In this document: piece by piece, positions 18,901-26,677 of the stretch | Layout of the letters: every line of letters begins with the position of its first letter | Position numbering within the stretch: the stretch's first letter is position 1 | Notes under the pieces: generated by a model | The model's input: only the letters and a program-made list of their open reading frames with translations | Databases searched by the model: none | What the model was told of the DNA's origin: nothing | Program-made: the position numbers and the translations under genes | Assembly: GCA_040005235.1 (NCBI GenBank) | Contig: JBDTZG010000070.1 | Location: 1-26,677, forward strand | DNA length: 26,677 nt | Reading direction: 5' to 3' | Origin: Acidobacteriota bacterium | GTDB taxonomy: Bacteria > Acidobacteriota > Thermoanaerobaculia > Multivoradales > UBA5704

Positions 18901-21900
18901 GCAGCGCGAACATCACCTGAAACAGCGGCGCCTGCGCGAGACTCCGCTCCGGCGCCAGCTCTTGAACCAGCTTCTCGAACGGCACGTCCTGGTGCAGGTG
19001 CGCGGCGAGCGACGTCTCGCGGACCCGACCGATCAGGTCGAGGAAGCTCGGCTCGCCCGAAAGATCGCCGCGCAACACCAGCGTGTTGACGAAGAACCCG
19101 ATCAGACCCTCGGTCTCCAACCGGTTGCGCCCCGCCACGGGGGTGCCCACCGCAAAGTCGCGCCGGCCGCTGTAGCGCGCCAGGAGAACCTGGAAACCGG
19201 CCAGCAGAACCATGTACGGCGTCGCCCCCTCGCGTTGGCCCAACGCTTCGAGACGCCGGAACAGATCCGCCGAAAGGCGCACGGGGCGCGACGCGCCGCG
19301 AGAGCTCTGCACCGCCGGCCGGGGCCGGTCCGTGGGCAGCTCCAGGAGCGGCGGGAGACCCGCGAGCTGATGGCGCCAGTAAGAGATTTCGCCCGCCAGA
19401 GCGTCGCCGTCCAACCAGGCGCGTTGCCAGGCGGAGAAGTCCGCGTATTGCACCGGAAGCTCCGGCAAGGGCGACGGTCTGCCCTCGGCGAACGCCGCGT
19501 AGAGCGCCGCGATCTCTCGCACCAGAATTCCCATCGACCAGCCGTCGCTGGCGATGTGGTGCAGGTTGAGAGCGACCACGTGATCGCCCGCCGCCAGGCG
19601 CAGCACCGCCGCCCGCAAGAGGGGGCCGACGGAGAGATCGAACGGCCGGGAGGCCTCCTGACCGATCAGGGCCAAGGCCGCCGCTTCGCGCTCGGCTTCG
19701 GCCAGGCCCGAAAGGTCGAGCGCGGGGAGCGCGAAGGCCGCCGCCGGTTCGATCACCTGCGTCGGCGCTCCCTCCGAGGCGACGAAGACCGTGCGCAGGG
19801 TTTCGTGTCGGCGCACGATCTCGCTCAGGCAGAGCGCGAGCAGCCGGGGCTCCAAAGGACCTTCGATCCGCAAAGCCGCCGGAATGTTGTAGAGCGGAGT
19901 GCCGGGTTCGAGCCGGTCGAGGAACCAGAGGCGCTGCTGGGCGAACGACAGCGGCATCGAAGCTCCCCGCGGCAGGGGTACCAACGGCGGCGCAACCGCT
20001 CCAGGGCGGCTCCGCAACGCCGTCTCGACCCGCGCGGCGAGGCCCGACAACGTCGGCGACTCGAACAGGTCGCGCAGCGGCAGCTCGACGCCGAGAGCGC
20101 TGCGCAGGCGCGACATGACCTGTGTCGCGAGCAGCGAATGCCCCCCCAGCTCGAAGAAGTGATCGGCCGCACCCGGCCGTTCGAGACCGAGCAGCTCGGC
20201 CCAGATGCCGGCGAGAATCTCCTCGACCGGCGTCCGCGGTGCCTGGTACCCCTCCTCGGAGCGTTGCCGCTCCGGAGCGGGCAAGGCCTGGCGGTCCAGC
20301 TTGCCGTTGATCGTGAGAGGTAGCCGCGCCAGCGCCACGAAGGCGGCGGGCACCATGTATTCCGGCAACCGTGCGAGCAGGGCGGCCCGCAGGGTCTCCA
20401 CCTTCGCCTCGCCGACGACATAAGCGACCAGCCGTCGGTCGCTTCGCCCGTCCTGGCGCGCCACGACGACCGCCTCGCGGACTCCGGGCAATCCGGCGAG
20501 CGTGGCCTCGATCTCTCCCAGCTCGATGCGGAATCCGCGGACCTTCACCTGAGAGTCGATCCGGCCCAGGTATTCGACGTCGCCGTCGGCGAGAAAGCGG
20601 CCGAGGTCTCCCGACCGGTAGAGACGCGCGCCAAAATCACCGCTCGCCGCATCCGGAACGAAACGTTGCGCGGTCAGGTCGGGACGGCCCAGATAGCCTC
20701 GGGCCAGTCCCGCGCCACCGATCACCAGCTCTCCGGCCACGCCGATCGGCACCTGCCGAAGATGACGATCCATCACCGCGAGCGACAGGTCGGGGATCGG
20801 CACGCCGATCACGCTACGCCGCTCTCGACAGGCGTCCGCCACCCGCAACGGCCGGAACGTGACGTGCACCGTCGTCTCGGTGATCCCGTACATGTTGACC
20901 AAAAGGGGGCGTTCGTCGCCATGGCGGGCGAACCAGGGCGCCAGGCTCGCCGGGTCGAGAGCTTCGCCGCCGAAGATCACCAGGCGCAGGTCGGTCGCCG
21001 CCCCGCCCCGCTCTGCGTCGGCCCTCGCGACCTGGGCGAAGGACGACGGGGTCTGGTTGAGCACGGTGACCCGCTCCCGGATCAGCAGATCCAGGAACGA
21101 TTCGGGAGAGCGGCTCACTTCGAAGGGGACGATCACCAAGCGGCCGCCGTGGAGCAGCGCCCCCCAGATTTCCCAGACCGAGAAGTCGAACGAGGTGGAA
21201 TGAAACAGCGTCCAGACGTCCCGCTCGCCGAAGCCGAACCAACCCTTGGTGGCGTCGAACAGCCGCCGGACGTTGCCGTGGCTCACCAGTGTGCCTTTGG
21301 GCCTGCCGGTCGAGCCAGAGGTGTAGATCACATACGCGAGGCTCGCACCGTCGGCCAGCGGTTCGAGGTCGTGGCCGGGCAGAGCGTCGAGAAGCTCGCT
21401 CTGCGCATCGAGCACGATCCGAAGTCCGGCCGCCGGCAGCGCGCCGACCGACGCCGCGTCACCGATGACGATCTCGACACCCGAATCTTCGATCATGTAG
21501 GCCAGCCGCTCTTTCGGATAGGACGGATCGAGGGGGACGTAGGCTCCTCCCGCCTTGAGGACCGCCAGAATGCCGATCACCTGCATCGGCGAGCGCTCCA
21601 GGCAGAGGCCGACTCGGCTCTCGTGGCCTACCCCTTGTCCGCGCAGCCAGTGGGCGAGCTGATTGGCGCGGCGATTCAAGTCGCCGTAGCTCAGTGAGGC
21701 ATCGCCCGAGGTGAGAGCCGGAGCTTCCGCCGCGCGCAGCACCTGCGCCTCGAAACCGCGATGGAGCGCCTCCGCCTCGGAGTGCCTCTCGGTTGCCCAG
21801 CCCCACTCGGAAAGAAGCTGATGGCTCTCAGGCCGGTCGAGCCAAGGCAGCTCCAGGACGTTTCGGTCCGGCGTCGCCACGGCCGACGCAATTAGGCGGC

Positions 21901-24900
21901 CGAAATGTCCGGTCAGCCGGTCGATCGTCGCGGGATCGAACAGATCGCGGGCATACTCGATACCGCCGCTCAGCCCCCCGCTACCCTCGGTGAGACTCAA
22001 GGTCAGATCGAACTTCGCGGTGGTACCGGAGCTACCCATCGGGCGCAGACGCAGATCCCGGACCTCCAGGTTCGAAACCGGCGCGTTCTGCAGCGCGAAC
22101 ATCACCTGGAACAGCGGCGACTGCGCGAGGCTCCGCTCCGGCGACAGCTCCTGCACCAGCTTCTCAAACGGCACCTCCTGATGCAAATGCCCCGAGAGCG
22201 AGACATCTCGGATCCGGCTCATCAGCTCGCGATACGTCGGCTCGCCCGAGAGATCGCCGCGCAGCACCAGGGTGTTGACGAAGAAGCCGATCAGACCCTC
22301 GGTCTCCAATCGGTTGCGGCCCGCCACCGGACTCCCGACCGCCACGTCCTCCTGACCGCTGTAGCGCGCCAGGAGCACCTGGAAGCCGGCCAACAGCGCC
22401 ATGAACAGCGTCGCCCCTTCGCGCCGCCCCAGCCCCGCCAAGCTCGACGCGACCTCTCCCGACAATCGTACCGGGCGCACGGCGCCACGATAGCTCCGGA
22501 CCGAAGGCCGCGGCCGATCGGCCGGCAACTCCAAGAGCGGCGGCAAACCCGCAAGCTGCTCGCGCCAGTAGGAGATCTCCCCTTTCAGCACCTCGCCGAT
22601 CAGCCAGGAGCGCTGCCACACGGCGTAATCCGCATACTGAATGGGCAGCTCCGGCAAAAGTGAAAGCTGCTCTCCGGGGCCTGCGGCAAAAGCCGCATAC
22701 AGAGCCGCGACTTCGCGCACCAGGATGCCCATCGACCAGCCGTCGCTCGCGATGTGGTGAATCGTCAACGCGACGACGTGGTCGTGAGGCGCCAGCCGCA
22801 GCAGCAGAGCCCGCAAGAGAGGACCGCGGGAGAGATCGAACGGGCGGCCGGCCTCGACCCCGCAAAGAGCGAGGGCCGCCGCCTCGCACTCGGCCTCCGG
22901 CAGGCTCGACAGATCCTGTTCGGTCAACGCGAACGGTTGCGCCGGATGAATCACCTGGATCGGCGCACCTTCGGTCGCCGAGAACACGGTCCGCAGCGTC
23001 TCGTGGCGGCGCACGATCTCGTCAAGAGAAAGCGCCAGCAACCGGCGATCCAGCGGGCCTTCGATGCGCAGCGCCGCCGGAATGTTGTAGAGAGGACTGC
23101 CCGGTTCGAGCTGATCGATGAACCAGAGCCGCTGTTGGGCGAACGACAGCGGCAGCGCGCGTTCCCTTCCGTCTCGCGGAACGGCAACCAGCGGCGGTAC
23201 AACCGAGCAGTAACCCATCCGCTGCGCCGTCTCGACCCGCGCGGCGAGACCCGACAGGGTCGGAGATTCGAACAGGTCGCGCAGCGGCAGGTCGAAGCCG
23301 AAAGCGCTCCGTACGCGCGACATCACCTGGGTGGCGAGCAGCGAGTGCCCCCCCAGCTCGAAAAAGTGGTCGTTCGCACCCACCCGGTCGAGACCGAGCA
23401 GATCGGACCAGATGCCGGCGAGGATCTCTTCGACCGGCGTCCGCGGCGCCTGATAGAGATCCTCGGGCCGCCGCCACTCCGGAGCCGTCAGCGCCTGGCG
23501 ATCCAGCTTGCCGCTGGAGGTCAGCGGCAGCGCCGGCAACGATACGAAGGCGGCCGGAATCATGTGGTCCGGCAGACGCTCCCGCAGAGCCTCGCGCAAG
23601 GCGGCGGCCGTGGCGTCACCCACCACATAACCGATCAACCGCGGATCGCCCGCCGGGGCCGCGCGCGCCACCACCACCGCCTCGCGGACTCCCGGCTGTG
23701 CCGAGAGCGCCGCCTCCACCTCCCCCAGCTCGATCCGGAAGCCGCGGATCTTCACTTGATGATCGATCCGCCCCAGGAAGTCGAGCGTGCCGTCGGGCAG
23801 CCACCGCGCGAGATCCCCCGTCCGATAGAGCCTGCCGCCGAAGTCTCCGCCGAGCGGATCGGGGACGAACCGGCTCGCCGTGAGGTGCGGGCGGCGCAGA
23901 TAGCCGCGCGTGACCCCGCTGCCACCGATCAGCAGCTCACCGGCGACGCCGATCGGCAGCGGCCGCAGCTCAGCGTCCGCCACGTAGAGCCGGCTGTTGG
24001 CGATCGGCCGGCCGATCGAGACCCGATGCGGGTCCTGGCCCGGCGCACAGACCCAGCGCGTGGTGTCGATCGAGATTTCGGTCGGCCCGTACTGATTGTC
24101 CAGCGGGACCGAGAATCGGGCCAGCGCCCGATCGCGCACCTCGGGGGTTAGCGCCTCGCCTCCGGCGAAGACCTGCCGCAGCGAACCGGCCACCGATTCG
24201 CCCCCCTCCTCCTCCGCCAGGAACGCCGCCAGCAACGACGGCACGAAGTGGACGACACTGACGCGATGCTCGCGCAGCACGCGCGCCAGGTACCGCCCAT
24301 CCCCTTGCCGGCCGGGCTCGGCCAGCACCAGACGCGCGCCGACCCTCAAGGGTGCAAAGCACTCCCACACCGAGAAATCGAAGCCGAACGACGCTTTCTG
24401 GAGCACCGCGTCGCGCTCGTCGAGCCGATAGACCGCCTGCGCCCAGCGCAAGCGATTGCAGACTCCGCGATGCGCCACCATCACCCCCTTCGGCCGGCCG
24501 GTCGAACCAGAGGTGTAGATGACGTAGGCCAGTTGGTCCGGCGTCATCGCCCCCGGCAGGCGGTCGAAGGTCTCGCGGTCCGAATCCCAACGCGCGTCCA
24601 GAGGCACGATGAGACGGCCCTGCGTCGGCACCCGCCCGAGCAGGGAGTCCTGGACCAGCAGAATCCGGGCGCCCGAATCGTCGAGCATGAAGTCCAGGCG
24701 CTCGCGCGGGTAGGTCGGATCGAGCGGCAGGTAGGCGCCGCCCGCCTCCAGAATGGCGAGCATGCCGACCACCATCGCAGGCGAGCGCTCGACGCAGAGA
24801 CCCACGATGACCTCCGGGCCGACGCCCAAGTGCCGCAGGTACGACGCCAGTTCCCGAGCGCTGCCGGCCAGGCGGCGATAGCTCCAACGCTCCTCCCCCA

Positions 24901-26677
24901 GCTCGATCGCCACGGCGAAAGGAGTGCGCGCCGCCTGGGCGAAGACCCCCTCGTGGAGGAGACCCTCGGCGAACCCTTCGACCCGCGTGTCGTTCCACTC
25001 CCCGAGGACTTGGGCCAGCTCGGCAGCGCTCAAGACCGGCAGCGAGAAGACGGGAGAGTCCGGCGCCGCAACCGCCGCCGCGAGCAGCCGCTCGAAATGC
25101 CCGAACCAGCGTTCGAGGGTCGCGGGGTCGAACAGATCGGTCGCGTACTCGATCGTGCCGCCATAGCCCCCCTGCCCGTCCTCTCCCAGACTCAGGGTGA
25201 GATCGAACTTTGCCGTGGTTCCCGCACGCCCGACCGACCGCAGCCGAAGATCGCGGATCGAAAGGTTTGCAACCGGCGCGTTCTGCAGTACGAACATCAC
25301 CTGGAACAGCGGCGACTGCGCAAGGCTCCGCTCCGGCGACAGCTCCTGCACCAGCTTCTCGAATGGCAAGTCCTGGTGCAGATGCGCGGCGAGCGAGGTC
25401 TCGCGGACCCGGCTCACCAGTTGGTGATACGTCGGCTCGCCCGAAAGGTCTCCGCGCAACACCAGGGTGTTGACGAAGAAGCCGATCAGACCCTCGGTCT
25501 CCAACCGGTTGCGCCCCGCCACCGGGCTCCCGACTGCCACGTCCTCCTGGCCGCTGTAGCGCGCCAACAGCGCCTGGAAACCAGCCAGTAGCAGCATGTA
25601 TGGCGTCGCCCCCTCGCGCCGTCCGATCCCAGCCAGGCTCGAGGCGAGATCCGCCGACAGCCGCACCGGGCGCGCTGCGCCGCGGTAGCTCTGCACCGGC
25701 GGCCGCGGCCGATCGGTCGGCAGCTCCAAGAGCGGCGGCAAACCCGCGAGCTGCTTTCGCCAGTACGAGATCTCCTCCTCCAGCACCTCGCCCACCAGCC
25801 AGGAGCGCTGCCACCCGGCGTAATCGGCATACCGGATCGGCAGCTCCGGCAAAAGTGAACGCTGCTTTCCGGAGCCGGCGGCAAAGGCCCCATAGAGCGC
25901 CGTCACCTCGCGCACCAGGATGCCCATCGACCAGCCATCGCTCGCGATATGGTGCACGGTCAGCGCGACTAAGTGGTCGAGAGGCGCGAGCCGTAACAGC
26001 AGAGACCGCAACAGAGGATCGCGCGAGAGGTCGAACGGCCGGCCGGCCTCGACCCCGCAAAGGGCGAGGGCCTCCGCCTCTCGCTCGACCTCCGGCAGTC
26101 CCGCAAGATCGAGCACCGGCAACGAAAACGGCTGCACCGATCGAATTCTCTGCACCGGCGGACCTTCGGCCGCCGAGAACACGGTCCGCAGCGTCTCGTG
26201 GCGGCACACGATCTCGCCCAACGCAAGCGCCAGCAGCCGGGGCTCCAGGGGACCTTCGACCCGCAGCGCCGCCGCGATGTTATAGAGCGCGCTGCCCGGT
26301 TCGAGCTGATCGAGGAACCAGAGCCGCTGCTGGGCGAACGACAGCGGCAGCGCGCATTCCCTTCCGTCTCGCGGCACGGCGACCAGCGGCGGTACAACCG
26401 ATTCGTGATCCGCCCACTGCGCCGTCTCGACCCGCGCGGCGAAGCCCGACAAGGTCGGCGACTCGAACAGGTCGCGCAGTGGCAGCTCGACCCCGAGAGC
26501 GCTCCGTACGCGCGACATCACTTGGGTGGCGAGCAGCGAATGCCCCCCCAGCTCGAAAAAGTGGTCGTTGCCGCCCACCCGGCCGAGACCGAGCAGATCG
26601 GACCAGATGCCGGCGAGGATCTCCTCGACCGGCGTCTTCGGCGCCCGATAGAGATCCTCGGGCCGCCGCCATTCCGG
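15989..26677 (-). CDS. Giant NRPS, 5' end outside the window: T-C-A(unassigned)-T-C-A(Thr)-T-C-A(Lys-like)-T-TE
   Basis: The frame stays open to the window edge. Four GGHSLL thiolation sites (about 26540, 23345, 20135, 16985), three HHIASDGWS C domains, three A domains (YTSGS.G.PKG, YG.TE, YR.GDL), and a TE with GWSMGG and GDH. No E or MT domain is visible. Confidence 0.97.
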   Translation of the reverse strand, partial: PEWRRPEDLYRAPKTPVEEILAGIWSDLLGLGRVGGNDHFFELGGHSLLATQVMSRVRSALGVELPLRDLFESPTLSGFAARVETAQWADHESVVPPLVAVPRDGRECALPLSFAQQRLWFLDQLEPGSALYNIAAALRVEGPLEPRLLALALGEIVCRHETLRTVFSAAEGPPVQRIRSVQPFSLPVLDLAGLPEVEREAEALALCGVEAGRPFDLSRDPLLRSLLLRLAPLDHLVALTVHHIASDGWSMGILVREVTALYGAFAAGSGKQRSLLPELPIRYADYAGWQRSWLVGEVLEEEISYWRKQLAGLPPLLELPTDRPRPPVQSYRGAARPVRLSADLASSLAGIGRREGATPYMLLLAGFQALLARYSGQEDVAVGSPVAGRNRLETEGLIGFFVNTLVLRGDLSGEPTYHQLVSRVRETSLAAHLHQDLPFEKLVQELSPERSLAQSPLFQVMFVLQNAPVANLSIRDLRLRSVGRAGTTAKFDLTLSLGEDGQGGYGGTIEYATDLFDPATLERWFGHFERLLAAAVAAPDSPVFSLPVLSAAELAQVLGEWNDTRVEGFAEGLLHEGVFAQAARTPFAVAIELGEERWSYRRLAGSARELASYLRHLGVGPEVIVGLCVERSPAMVVGMLAILEAGGAYLPLDPTYPRERLDFMLDDSGARILLVQDSLLGRVPTQGRLIVPLDARWDSDRETFDRLPGAMTPDQLAYVIYTSGSTGRPKGVMVAHRGVCNRLRWAQAVYRLDERDAVLQKASFGFDFSVWECFAPLRVGARLVLAEPGRQGDGRYLARVLREHRVSVVHFVPSLLAAFLAEEEGGESVAGSLRQVFAGGEALTPEVRDRALARFSVPLDNQYGPTEISIDTTRWVCAPGQDPHRVSIGRPIANSRLYVADAELRPLPIGVAGELLIGGSGVTRGYLRRPHLTASRFVPDPLGGDFGGRLYRTGDLARWLPDGTLDFLGRIDHQVKIRGFRIELGEVEAALSAQPGVREAVVVARAAPAGDPRLIGYVVGDATAAALREALRERLPDHMIPAAFVSLPALPLTSSGKLDRQALTAPEWRRPEDLYQAPRTPVEEILAGIWSDLLGLDRVGANDHFFELGGHSLLATQVMSRVRSAFGFDLPLRDLFESPTLSGLAARVETAQRMGYCSVVPPLVAVPRDGRERALPLSFAQQRLWFIDQLEPGSPLYNIPAALRIEGPLDRRLLALSLDEIVRRHETLRTVFSATEGAPIQVIHPAQPFALTEQDLSSLPEAECEAAALALCGVEAGRPFDLSRGPLLRALLLRLAPHDHVVALTIHHIASDGWSMGILVREVAALYAAFAAGPGEQLSLLPELPIQYADYAVWQRSWLIGEVLKGEISYWREQLAGLPPLLELPADRPRPSVRSYRGAVRPVRLSGEVASSLAGLGRREGATLFMALLAGFQVLLARYSGQEDVAVGSPVAGRNRLETEGLIGFFVNTLVLRGDLSGEPTYRELMSRIRDVSLSGHLHQEVPFEKLVQELSPERSLAQSPLFQVMFALQNAPVSNLEVRDLRLRPMGSSGTTAKFDLTLSLTEGSGGLSGGIEYARDLFDPATIDRLTGHFGRLIASAVATPDRNVLELPWLDRPESHQLLSEWGWATERHSEAEALHRGFEAQVLRAAEAPALTSGDASLSYGDLNRRANQLAHWLRGQGVGHESRVGLCLERSPMQVIGILAVLKAGGAYVPLDPSYPKERLAYMIEDSGVEIVIGDAASVGALPAAGLRIVLDAQSELLDALPGHDLEPLADGASLAYVIYTSGSTGRPKGTLVSHGNVRRLFDATKGWFGFGERDVWTLFHSTSFDFSVWEIWGALLHGGRLVIVPFEVSRSPESFLDLLIRERVTVLNQTPSSFAQVARADAERGGAATDLRLVIFGGEALDPASLAPWFARHGDERPLLVNMYGITETTVHVTFRPLRVADACRERRSVIGVPIPDLSLAVMDRHLRQVPIGVAGELVIGGAGLARGYLGRPDLTAQRFVPDAASGDFGARLYRSGDLGRFLADGDVEYLGRIDSQVKVRGFRIELGEIEATLAGLPGVREAVVVARQDGRSDRRLVAYVVGEAKVETLRAALLARLPEYMVPAAFVALARLPLTINGKLDRQALPAPERQRSEEGYQAPRTPVEEILAGIWAELLGLERPGAADHFFELGGHSLLATQVMSRLRSALGVELPLRDLFESPTLSGLAARVETALRSRPGAVAPPLVPLPRGASMPLSFAQQRLWFLDRLEPGTPLYNIPAALRIEGPLEPRLLALCLSEIVRRHETLRTVFVASEGAPTQVIEPAAAFALPALDLSGLAEAEREAAALALIGQEASRPFDLSVGPLLRAAVLRLAAGDHVVALNLHHIASDGWSMGILVREIAALYAAFAEGRPSPLPELPVQYADFSAWQRAWLDGDALAGEISYWRHQLAGLPPLLELPTDRPRPAVQSSRGASRPVRLSADLFRRLEALGQREGATPYMVLLAGFQVLLARYSGRRDFAVGTPVAGRNRLETEGLIGFFVNTLVLRGDLSGEPSFLDLIGRVRETSLAAHLHQDVPFEKLVQELAPERSLAQAPLFQVMFALQNAPAASLEVESLRFRPMGGVDRTAKFDLTLSLGESGGSLGGTVEYVTNLFDPATIERLIEHLDRLLWAAVAAADAPVFSLAFLSAAERGQILWEWNDTGAPQQGGDLYRDVLEQAQRAPDAIALEFGDRSFTYARLIERASTQARHLGDERVGPGDLVALAAEREPELIVAMVSVLQSGAAYLPLDSTYPKERLDQILSDSGALLPAWLTEVEPGGGSAQSSLGDADGAGSRIEPEGAAYVIYTSGSSGQPKGVVVPQRAITAFVRAARAGYQLSPRDRVLQFAAIGFDTSVEEIWMTLTSGAALVLRTADMIDSIPRFLREVERLGITVLDLPTAFWHELVAGMEAEDLQVPPGLRLVIVGGEEALADPLAVWRRRAGASVRLVNSYGPTEATVVASASELTHLSVAGPVPIGRPVTGARTHVLDDLLEPVPIGVRGELWIGGAGVALGYLRRPALTAERFLPDPFSSEPGARLYRTGDLAYLRPEGELVFAGRADRQVKIRGFRVELGEVESVLVGLPGVRQAVVVVRVDEPGDRRLIAYVVGEASDDLLRQALRERLPAYMVPAAWVVLETLPLTASGKVDRQRLPVPGDAPSRKASARPPREPLELALVLIWEELLGVRPIGVTDSFFDLGGHSLLAVGLMARIRRRLGLELPLSTLFEHPTIEHLAERLRRRPERPVPSSLVSFRPGDETPAEPPLIFVHPVGGQVFSYLELARHLGSDLPFQALQAMPQTMPQTTADEPPSIESLAATYLEQITAIWPSGPYRLGGWSMGGVVAYEMACRLAQRGQTVDFLALVDAAIPVARKAGATEVDGRGEGPSDEQRARFEFCRDLMGVFGGDLDLASAELLALSPDQALHRILAEARRAGALPAGFEVEDVLEHLEIFKANRLALERYRPASYGGAVTLFRCEDGAGPRKADLGWGRLAQRLEVVGIPGDHYSAIRVPRVEGFARTLKARAAKVPGSS
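16679..16704. repeat. 12-bp tandem duplication (CGTCTGAGGCAT x2) in the TE domain
   Basis: Copies at 16679-16690 and 16691-16702. Encodes MPQT-MPQT in frame. Confidence 0.75.
22006..26677. repeat. Intragenic duplication of the T-C region: 25201-26677 versus 22006-23482
   Basis: Long near-identical nucleotide runs with the same 3195-bp offset at both ends, including linkers (PEWRRPEDLY, VVPPLVAVPRDGRE.ALPLSFAQQRLWF). Confidence 0.85.

Overview
GC-rich window, probably from Acidobacteriota (inferred from an ADOP-type duplicated permease and a DUF5916 gene). Almost all of it is part of a nonribosomal peptide biosynthetic cluster. From right to left it holds: the 3' end of a giant minus-strand NRPS (T-C-A-T-C-A-T-C-A-T-TE, predicted X-Thr-Lys); a convergent tryptophan halogenase plus ABC permease operon; a divergent three-gene operon (half-size HPPD/HmaS-like dioxygenase, HpgT-like transaminase, Ldh_2 dehydrogenase) that looks like a non-canonical arylglycine pathway; an outer-membrane beta-barrel; a MauG/BthA-type di-heme enzyme; an antisense NmrA/SDR gene between 10-bp direct repeats; a CBM9/DUF5916 protein; and a second NRPS (C-A). 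That second NRPS is cut off at a 74-bp palindromic element (392-465), which joins it tail-to-tail to the 5' fragment of an M61 peptidase. Both genes enter the element at a codon boundary and read through it without a stop. All family assignments come from motif recognition and recall, not database searches.
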